64,000 nucleotides of DNA, taken from NCBI GenBank assembly GCA_020850635.1, contig JADZEH010000024.1, positions 8,617 through 72,616 on the forward strand, in the 5' to 3' direction. Shown here piece by piece: positions 56,917 through 64,000 of the stretch. The notes beneath the pieces were generated by a model. The model was not told the DNA's origin. It did no database searches and saw only the letters and a program-made list of their open reading frames with translations. The position numbers and the translations under genes are program-made. Positions within the stretch are counted from its first letter, which is position 1; every line of letters starts with the position of its first letter. The stretch comes from Candidatus Doudnabacteria bacterium. GTDB taxonomy: Bacteria > Patescibacteriota > Doudnabacteria > UBA920.

Positions 56917-58731
56917 ATGAACCAAGACGAACAACTTTCAAATATTCGCCACTCATTGGCTCACTTACTTGCATCAAGCGTGCTTGAAGTTTTCCCTGAC
57001 GCCAAACTTGGTGTTGGTCCAGTAATAGACAATGGCTTTTATTACGATTTTCAATTACCACGTCCTTTAACTCCCGATGACCTCAAAGACATTGAGAAAA
57101 AGATGAAAAAGCTCGTGGGTAAAAAATTAGCGTTTGAACGCCAAGAACTTTCTACCACTGAGGCCACAAAGTTTTTTAAAGACGCTGATCAACCTTTCAA
57201 GCTCGATCTAATTAGCGCCTTAGAAAAATTTGGAACGACTAGTGCTGATGAAATTCTTAACGCTGAGCAAGCAACTTCAAGTGAGCAAAGTGGTGGAGTT
57301 GATACAGTCTCACTTTACAAAACGGGTGAATTTACAGACCTTTGCCGTGGCGGTCACGTGGAGAACACATCGGAAATTGATGCAGATAGTTTTAAGCTTG
57401 ATAAGATTGCTGGAGCCTACTGGCGTGGTGATGAAAAAAATCCTCAACTCACTCGTATTTACGGACTAGCTTTTGAAAACAAAGAAGCGCTTGATGAATA
57501 CTTGCACATGCGCGAAGAAGCTGAAAAGCGCGACCACAAAAAACTTGGACGTGAATTAAAACTCTTTACCATTTCTGACTTAGTCGGTGCTGGCCTGCCT
57601 TTGATTCAACCAAAAGGTATGGTTATCCGCAAAACGATTGAAGATTATTTATGGTCACTCCACGCTGATAAAGGTTACTCACGAGTCTGGACACCTCATA
57701 TTGCGAAAGAGGCTTTATACGAAACTTCTGGTCACGCCGCTAAATTCGGTGATGAACTTTTCCGTGTACAAGGAAAAGAGGACAAATTCATCATGAAGCC
57801 CATGAACTGCCCACATCACATGCAACTCTACGCGGATAATCAATTCTCGTATCGTGATATGCCTGTTCGTTACTTTGAACCCGCTACAGTCTATCGTGAT
57901 GAAAAATCAGGACAACTTGGTGGATTGACTCGCGTTCGAAGCATTACGCAAGACGATGGTCATTTATTCTGTCGCGTCTCACAAATCGAACAAGAAGTTA
58001 GTATGATCGTTTCTGTCATCACCGAATTTTATAGCTCCGTAGGAATGTTAGATAGCTATTGGGTAAGTCTTTCGGTTCGTGGTGAAGATAAATCTAAATA
58101 CTTGGGTGAGGATAGTGTCTGGGAAATGGCTGAAAGTAGCCTCGAACAAGCTGCCAAAGCGAATAATTTGCCTTACAAACGAATGGTCGGTGAAGCCGCG
58201 TTCTATGGACCAAAGCTCGACTTTATGTTTAAAGATTCGATTGGCCGTGAGTGGCAATTAGCTACCATTCAATGTGACTTTAACCTACCCGCACGGTTTG
58301 AATTAGCTTACAAAAATGAAAAAGGCGAAGATGAACAACCAGTTGTTATTCACCGTGCTATTTCAGGCTCACTCGAGCGCTTTATGGGAATTCTAATCGA
58401 ACATTATGCTGGAGCGTTCCCAGTGTGGTTAGCACCTGTCCAAGCTTCTGTCTTACCAATCTCAGACAAACATTTAGATTACGCTCAAGACGTAAAACAA
58501 CAACTTCACGAAGCTGGTATCCGAGTTGAACTCGATGACCGTAGTGAATCAATCGGGAAGAAAATTCGTGAAGCCACCAAGCAAAAAGTTCCTTACATGC
58601 TCGTTGTTGGTGACAAAGAAGTCGAAGCTGGTAAAGTCGCCATTCGAAATTTGGCCGGTGATGATCTTGGCACAATGACAATCCCAGACTTGATCAACAA
58701 ACTCCAACAAGAAATTACAACTAAAGCCTAA
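56917..58731 (+). CDS. thrS: Threonine--tRNA ligase
   Basis: 604 aa. Class II aaRS motifs and a ThrRS catalytic core (HRAISGSLERFMGILIEHYAG), C-terminal anticodon-binding domain. Confidence 0.97.
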   Translation: MNQDEQLSNIRHSLAHLLASSVLEVFPDAKLGVGPVIDNGFYYDFQLPRPLTPDDLKDIEKKMKKLVGKKLAFERQELSTTEATKFFKDADQPFKLDLISALEKFGTTSADEILNAEQATSSEQSGGVDTVSLYKTGEFTDLCRGGHVENTSEIDADSFKLDKIAGAYWRGDEKNPQLTRIYGLAFENKEALDEYLHMREEAEKRDHKKLGRELKLFTISDLVGAGLPLIQPKGMVIRKTIEDYLWSLHADKGYSRVWTPHIAKEALYETSGHAAKFGDELFRVQGKEDKFIMKPMNCPHHMQLYADNQFSYRDMPVRYFEPATVYRDEKSGQLGGLTRVRSITQDDGHLFCRVSQIEQEVSMIVSVITEFYSSVGMLDSYWVSLSVRGEDKSKYLGEDSVWEMAESSLEQAAKANNLPYKRMVGEAAFYGPKLDFMFKDSIGREWQLATIQCDFNLPARFELAYKNEKGEDEQPVVIHRAISGSLERFMGILIEHYAGAFPVWLAPVQASVLPISDKHLDYAQDVKQQLHEAGIRVELDDRSESIGKKIREATKQKVPYMLVVGDKEVEAGKVAIRNLAGDDLGTMTIPDLINKLQQEITTKA

Positions 58732-58737
58732 CATAAA

Positions 58738-58770
58738 AAAAACAGCATCTCTCACTCGATGCTGTTTTTT
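58738..58770. terminator. Bidirectional terminator between convergent thrS and map (aacagcatc/gatgctgtt)
   Basis: 9-bp stem, 9-nt loop, A7 and T6 flanks. Confidence 0.65.
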
Positions 58771-58777
58771 ATTTACT

Positions 58778-59539
58778 TTAAGTTAATATTCGAGAACCTT
58801 TGTCTGTAATGGCAATAGTGTGTTCGAAGTGAGCGGCAAGTCCACCATCTTGAGTACGAATTGTCCAACCATCTTCATCAAAATAAATTTCAGGGTGCTT
58901 TTCTGTGAACATTGGTTCAATAGCAATAACTAAACCTGGCTCGAGTTTTAAACCTTTCCCGCGCTTACCATACCCAGGAACGTTCGGCTCTTCATGCACC
59001 GCATAACCCACGCCATGGCCAACCAAGTCTCGAACCGTGGACACACCATTACTTTCTGCAATTTCTTGGATAACTGCACCAATGTCACCTATCGTGTTTC
59101 CAGGTTTGGCTTCGGCAATCGCCGCATCTAAAGCTTGCTTGGTAAGCTTCATTAACTTTTCTGCTACAAAACTAACTTTCCCTACAGGTACCGTAATAGC
59201 CGTATCTGTGTATAAGCCTTTGTAAATCATGCCAATATCAAGGCCAATAATGTCCCCTTCTTGAAGAAAATCACGAGCAGAAGGAACTCCATGAACAATC
59301 ACGTCATTGATAGATGTACATAGTCCGGCCGGGAAAGGATTTTTCTTTGTGCCATAACCAATAAAGCTTGGTTTACCACCAACTTTTAGCATTTCTCGTT
59401 CAGCAAAACTATTTAACTCAGCGGTTGTAATCCCCGGCTTCACCAGCTCAGCTGTGCGCAATAAAATATCACGAAGGAGTTTACCGCCTTCGTTGATAGT
59501 TTCTATCTCTGCTTGAGTTTTAATCATTCGTGACTTCAT
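58778..59539 (-). CDS. map: Methionine aminopeptidase type I
   Basis: 253 aa with metal-ligand pattern (D...D...H...E...E) in pita-bread fold regions. Sits at the typical adk-map locus. Confidence 0.95.
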   Translation of the reverse strand: MKSRMIKTQAEIETINEGGKLLRDILLRTAELVKPGITTAELNSFAEREMLKVGGKPSFIGYGTKKNPFPAGLCTSINDVIVHGVPSARDFLQEGDIIGLDIGMIYKGLYTDTAITVPVGKVSFVAEKLMKLTKQALDAAIAEAKPGNTIGDIGAVIQEIAESNGVSTVRDLVGHGVGYAVHEEPNVPGYGKRGKGLKLEPGLVIAIEPMFTEKHPEIYFDEDGWTIRTQDGGLAAHFEHTIAITDKGSRILT

Positions 59540-59541
59540 GT

Positions 59542-60207
59542 CTAATTGGAACGCTGTCGGGCTTTTCTGGCGCTAGGATGATGTTGTGCTACCAACTTTC
59601 GTTCGTGCTTAGTAATCACCGCTTGCATTCGTTTTTGCACATCTGCTACAGTACCGATCCCGCTCACTTCAATAAATGTATATTCTTTTTTAAAAAACTT
59701 AATAACTTCGGCGACATTTTTGCGATAATAGCTTTGGCGGTTCTTTAAAGCCGCAACTGTATCGTCGGGACGCTTCCCATATTTCCCAGCAAAGTAACCC
59801 AAACGACCTGACATTCGTTTTACCGTTTCAGAAACTGGAACTTTCAAATATATAACCAGTGGTTTGACGCGATAAGTTTCGCGAAGCCATTTTCTGACTA
59901 AACGAGCTTCACCAACCATTTTGGGATGACCATCAAACAAAATCCCTTTAGAGACTGGTGTGGCATGAATTACTTCGTCTAAAATTTCTCGTACAATTTT
60001 TGTTGGTGTGAGTTTGCCTTCGTCATTAAAGACTCGCAGCATCTTATCCAACGCTTTATCTTTCTTACGGCGACGCATCAACTCTGCTCCCATGTCAAAA
60101 TCATATAACTTGTATTTTTTGACGAGCAACTTTGCTTGAGTGGCCTTACCTGCAGCAGGGTCACCAAGTAAAATTATATTTAATGGATGCGTAGACTTTT
60201 TAGACAT
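59542..60207 (-). CDS. Adenylate kinase family protein (NMP kinase paralog 2)
   Basis: P-loop GDPAAGKATQA and ILFDGHPK (DGFPR-like) motif. Short form without zinc lid. Confidence 0.75.
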   Translation of the reverse strand: MSKKSTHPLNIILLGDPAAGKATQAKLLVKKYKLYDFDMGAELMRRRKKDKALDKMLRVFNDEGKLTPTKIVREILDEVIHATPVSKGILFDGHPKMVGEARLVRKWLRETYRVKPLVIYLKVPVSETVKRMSGRLGYFAGKYGKRPDDTVAALKNRQSYYRKNVAEVIKFFKKEYTFIEVSGIGTVADVQKRMQAVITKHERKLVAQHHPSARKARQRSN

Positions 60208-60838
60208 AGTCGAGATGAAGCGCGGTGTTAATTGCCACTCTCACTTCTGGGATAGAAGGAGTTCCATTGATTTCGATATGAGTAGTTTCCTTACGAAGTA
60301 AATCTATCACTGGTAAAGTTTCTTTGTCATACATCTGGAGTCGATACTCAATAGCTTCCCTGGTGTCATCTTTGCGAAATTCATGATGAGCTCGTTCCAA
60401 AAGTCTGGCTACAGAAATATCGTGGGGAATATCGAGGAAGATAGTAACAAAGTTCGTTCGGCCATGTTCTCGTAAATAGCTCAACAAAAACTGAGCTTGG
60501 CCAACGCGTCTGGGTACTCCATCGAAAATAATCCCTCTATCAGTTGGTAACTCCTTTAACTTCTCAACCATAACTTTGTAAAGATCTTCATCGTCTAACA
60601 AATGACCGTTATTGATGAGTTCAGCGATATGCTTTCCTAAAGGTGTGTCTTTCTGAGCTTCTTCACGTAAGATTGCCCCCATTTCAAAGTGATAAAAACC
60701 AAGTTGTTCTGCGAGCTGACGTGCCTGAGTCCCTTTGCCTGAGCCTTGGGGGCCAATGAAGAAAATTATATCAAGATCCATGAAGTGTGTTTCTATGTGA
60801 ATTGCTTTTACTATAGAGGATTTTGAGAAGATTATCAA
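60200..60838 (-). CDS. adk: Adenylate kinase
   Basis: GPQGSGKGTQA P-loop, IIFDGVPRRVGQA NMP-binding motif. Probable start at the internal MDLDIIFFIG. Confidence 0.85.
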   Translation of the reverse strand: MIIFSKSSIVKAIHIETHFMDLDIIFFIGPQGSGKGTQARQLAEQLGFYHFEMGAILREEAQKDTPLGKHIAELINNGHLLDDEDLYKVMVEKLKELPTDRGIIFDGVPRRVGQAQFLLSYLREHGRTNFVTIFLDIPHDISVARLLERAHHEFRKDDTREAIEYRLQMYDKETLPVIDLLRKETTHIEINGTPSIPEVRVAINTALHLDYV

Positions 60839-60882
60839 CTTTTTCTAAAGTTTTTTGATGATAACAGCAAAAATATGGTATA

Positions 60883-62604
60883 GTGAAGAAAACATTTCGT
60901 CCGAAACTAAAATCAAACGTGCACTCAATTTTCTTTGATCTTACAATAATTTTCCTGCTGGCCGGAACCGCTGCGTTCATTGTCAGCTTTTTCAAACAAC
61001 CTAGTTTAATCGCTTACATTGCTACAGGGGTTATCATTGGCCCACTGGGTTATTATCGTTTAAGCGAAGGCGATATTCTCAAAGGTTTGTCTGAGCTGGG
61101 GATTACTTTACTACTGTTTATGGTCGGACTCGATCTCGATTTTTCGGGTCTGAAAAAAATGGGTCGAGTTGCGCTAACAGCCGGTCTGGCCCAAATTGTT
61201 TTTACTAGTGCTGCTGGATTTGGTGTAGCTCGTTTGATTGGTTTTGATGTTGTGCCTGCCGCTTACATTGCGCTTGCTTTAACTTTTTCCTCAGGTATCA
61301 TCGCGGTTAAACTTTTGAACGAGAAAAAGGATTTGCACAGTTTGTATGGAAAGTTAGCTGTCGGAATTTTATTGATCCAAGATTTAGCCATCATGCTAAC
61401 TTTGATTTTACTAACTGGGACATCAATCAATGACGGCAGTGTCCCCTTGTGGGAAAACATTTTCTTTACACTAGTTAAAACTGGAGTAATCGCCGTTATA
61501 ATTATTTGGCTCAGTACCAAAGTTTTCCCGATAATTTTACGTCATGCGGGAAAATCTGATGAACTCTTGCTGGTCTGTAGTTTAGCTTGGGCTTTAGGCT
61601 TCTCGGCGTTTGTGTCGTTACCGTTTATTGGTTTGAATCTGGAGATCGGTGGATTTTTAGCTGGACTGGCTTTAGCTAATACTGCTTCGCATTATCAAAT
61701 TGGTGCGCGTATAAAATCGTTACGCGATTTCTTTTTAATTTTGTTTTTGATCTCCTTAGGCTCACAACTCGTTTTCACCAGGATGGATGAACTGTTTTCA
61801 CCAATAATTATTCTGTCGCTGTTTGTTCTAATCGCTAATCCGTTAATTATTTTGTTCATTCTTGGTGTCTTGGGTTACAAACCTCGCACAGGATTACTGA
61901 CCGGTTTAACCTTGGCACAAGTCTCAGAATTTAGTTTGATCATTATCGGTCTTGGTTACAAACTCGAACACATTAGCCAAGGAGTGGCCAGCCTCGTCAC
62001 TATCGTCACAGTTATTACAATGATCGTTTCATCATATTTAGTCACTCACGCCAACGCCATTTACCGCATCACTCAACCGTTTATAAAGCGCTTTGATTTC
62101 CGCAAAGGAAAAGCCGAAAAAAGTTTACAAGAAATTACTTTCAAAAATCACATTGTTTTAGTTGGGGCACATCGACTGGGCTCGCACTTGATTCATTCTT
62201 TGCAAAAACAGCAACAAGACTTTATTATCATCGACCATGATCCCCAGATTGTTGAAAATTATCAAAAAGATGGCCTGGTCTGTATTTGTGGAGATGTCGC
62301 CGATCCTTACATTCAAGAACTTGGTAATTTAGACAAAGCGAGCTTGATTATTTCTACTGTTCCCGACTTTCATGATAACTTAGCGTTGATTGAAAGCATT
62401 AAAACCAAGAACCCGCGCATCAAAATGATTTTTGCTGCTCATGATGAAGCCGAAGCTCTAGAACTCTACGACAAGAAAGTTGATTACGCGTTGCTTCCCC
62501 ACTTTATTGGTGGCGAACACTTAGCGCAGATCTTCGAAGACAAAAAAGGTTTGGCTGGTCTGAAAAAACTTAAAGACAATCATCTCAAAACCCTTCGTTC
62601 TTAA
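60883..62604 (+). CDS. CPA2-family cation:proton antiporter with C-terminal RCK/TrkA-N domain (Kef-type)
   Basis: 12-13 TM Na+/H+ exchanger core, then HIVLVGAHRLG Rossmann RCK domain. Confidence 0.85.
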   Translation: MKKTFRPKLKSNVHSIFFDLTIIFLLAGTAAFIVSFFKQPSLIAYIATGVIIGPLGYYRLSEGDILKGLSELGITLLLFMVGLDLDFSGLKKMGRVALTAGLAQIVFTSAAGFGVARLIGFDVVPAAYIALALTFSSGIIAVKLLNEKKDLHSLYGKLAVGILLIQDLAIMLTLILLTGTSINDGSVPLWENIFFTLVKTGVIAVIIIWLSTKVFPIILRHAGKSDELLLVCSLAWALGFSAFVSLPFIGLNLEIGGFLAGLALANTASHYQIGARIKSLRDFFLILFLISLGSQLVFTRMDELFSPIIILSLFVLIANPLIILFILGVLGYKPRTGLLTGLTLAQVSEFSLIIIGLGYKLEHISQGVASLVTIVTVITMIVSSYLVTHANAIYRITQPFIKRFDFRKGKAEKSLQEITFKNHIVLVGAHRLGSHLIHSLQKQQQDFIIIDHDPQIVENYQKDGLVCICGDVADPYIQELGNLDKASLIISTVPDFHDNLALIESIKTKNPRIKMIFAAHDEAEALELYDKKVDYALLPHFIGGEHLAQIFEDKKGLAGLKKLKDNHLKTLRS

Positions 62605-62664
62605 ACCTTAGGCGCCAAAAATGGGCGTCTTTCTTGAAGTAACTAAAAATGATACTATGTAGCT

Positions 62665-64000
62665 ATGCTTACACTCTTTGATACCCTATCTAAATCTAAA
62701 AAGGATATAAATATTTCTAGTAGACCAGTCCGACTTTATTCTTGTGGCCCCACTGTTTACGACCACGCTCACATCGGCAACCTCCGCAGTTTTATCTTTG
62801 CTGACACAATTGCTCGGACTCTTGAGTACAACGGACAGGAAGTTGACTGGGTAATGAACATCACTGATGTTGATGACAAGACGATCAAAAAAACTATTGA
62901 AGAGTTTGGAGAGAACGCCACCCCAAACGAATTAAAACAGCTAACTACTCGTCACGCAAAAACTTTCTTAGCTGACTTAGAAGCCCTGAATATAGACACA
63001 AAACGAATTCGCTTCATTAATGTAAGTGATGTCATCCCCCAGATTCAAGAATTTATCTTAGGGCTTCTCGATAAAGGATATGCTTACACCGCCGATGATG
63101 GCAGTGTTTACTTTAATATCGAAAAGTATCAAGCTGACTTTAAAGATTACGGCGAGCTAGTTGGTGCTGGATTTATAGAAGGCAAAAAAGTTGGGGCACG
63201 AGTTGCCGTAGATGAATACGAGAAAGATAACCTCAGCGACTTTGCGTTATGGAAAGCTCGTCACACTGACGATGGCCAAATTTTTTGGACTCACGACAAA
63301 TTAGCGGATGGTCGTCCAGGATGGCACATTGAATGTTCGGTGATCAACAACATTGCTTTTGATGGCCAACCAACGGATATCCACACTGGCGGCATTGATT
63401 TGATCTTCCCTCATCACACCAATGAAATTGCTCAGAGCCAACCGTTTTACAAACCTTTCTCCGCACATTGGACACACAGCGGCCACTTGTTAGTTGATAA
63501 TAAGAAGATGGCCAAGAGCGCTGGGAGCTACCTTACATTGTCTAATTTGCAAAAGAAAACCGCTTTAGCTGGTCCGACATTGCGCTATCTATGTTTACAA
63601 AATGACATGCGTAATCAACAAAACTTTACAGATGAAGCATTTGAAGCAGCACGCAATGGACTACAACGCTTATATGGTACTTACGAAAGCGCATCAAGTG
63701 ATGATAAAGCGGAAGTTCTTGAAAAATTCAGCTCTAGTTTGAATAATGATCTAAACACAGCTGAGGCTGTGGCTGTAATGCATGCATCTGGGCTCTCAAA
63801 AGCCAGCATGGACACAATGGATAAAGTATTTGGGCTTGGTCTTGGACAAACAGCAGCAGAACTTCCTAGTGAAGTTGCCGAGCTCGCAAAGTCTCGCCAG
63901 GACGCACGCGACAGTAAAGACTTTGCAAAATCAGATGAACTCCGCACACAAATAGAAACACTAGGATACGAAGTCAAAGACACTAACGACGGACAAAAAG
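62665..64000 (+). CDS. cysS: Cysteine--tRNA ligase (partial; continues beyond window end)
   Basis: ATG at 62665. CGPTVYDHAHIGN (HIGH) and KMAKSAGS (KMSKS) class I motifs. No stop reached by 64000. Confidence 0.9.
   Translation, partial: MLTLFDTLSKSKKDINISSRPVRLYSCGPTVYDHAHIGNLRSFIFADTIARTLEYNGQEVDWVMNITDVDDKTIKKTIEEFGENATPNELKQLTTRHAKTFLADLEALNIDTKRIRFINVSDVIPQIQEFILGLLDKGYAYTADDGSVYFNIEKYQADFKDYGELVGAGFIEGKKVGARVAVDEYEKDNLSDFALWKARHTDDGQIFWTHDKLADGRPGWHIECSVINNIAFDGQPTDIHTGGIDLIFPHHTNEIAQSQPFYKPFSAHWTHSGHLLVDNKKMAKSAGSYLTLSNLQKKTALAGPTLRYLCLQNDMRNQQNFTDEAFEAARNGLQRLYGTYESASSDDKAEVLEKFSSSLNNDLNTAEAVAVMHASGLSKASMDTMDKVFGLGLGQTAAELPSEVAELAKSRQDARDSKDFAKSDELRTQIETLGYEVKDTNDGQK

Noticed and set aside
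59542-60838. Tandem adk genes as a single frameshifted pseudogene
   Set aside because: Each ORF is a complete kinase (own P-loop, NMP-binding and lid regions) of normal length. They are divergent paralogs, not halves of one gene.

Overview
This is a 64 kb chromosomal segment with about 40% GC and compact, tightly packed housekeeping genes. The content (short EF-Ts, many GT4 glycosyltransferases, a VirD4-like ATPase, standard genetic code with TGA stops) suggests a reduced-genome Patescibacteria/CPR organism of Saccharibacteria type; this is inference, not a database match. Recognisable genes include a dcw-type cell-wall cluster (murD, a D-aminoacylase-like amidohydrolase, mraY, a D-Ala-D-Ala carboxypeptidase), trxA, secDF, a PLD-type cardiolipin synthase, a family-4 UDG, secA, hpf, murB and murC. 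There is an envelope glycan locus (patatin, murG, three GT4 genes, a WbaP-like initiating transferase, an epimerase), and an RNase P RNA (rnpB) that the ORF track does not show. Further along are eno, uppS, a DEAD-box helicase, a beta-CASP RNase, a second GT pair, and a tRNA/ribosomal-protein region: tRNA-Trp, rpmG (missed by the ORF track), tRNA-Thr, tRNA-Tyr, tRNA-Thr, tsf, rpsB, rpmE, prfA and prmC. The last third holds rplY, rodA/ftsW, dnaE, thrS, map, two tandem adk paralogs, a CPA2 antiporter and a partial cysS. The main anomaly is a set of small higher-GC units (about 50-58% GC against the ~40% background). Each has a near-consensus sigma70 promoter (TTGACA-17-TAtaaT); the protein-coding ones also carry a strong Shine-Dalgarno, and most end in a strong intrinsic terminator. 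They sit at 20.2 kb, 41.3 kb and 47.1 kb, and are concentrated in a 2.4 kb island between dnaE and thrS (54.47-56.9 kb) that also contains three candidate small RNAs. Two paralogous secreted Gly/Thr-rich beta-solenoid-like repeat proteins flank the glycan locus. No CRISPR array, rRNA, IS element or integrase was seen.
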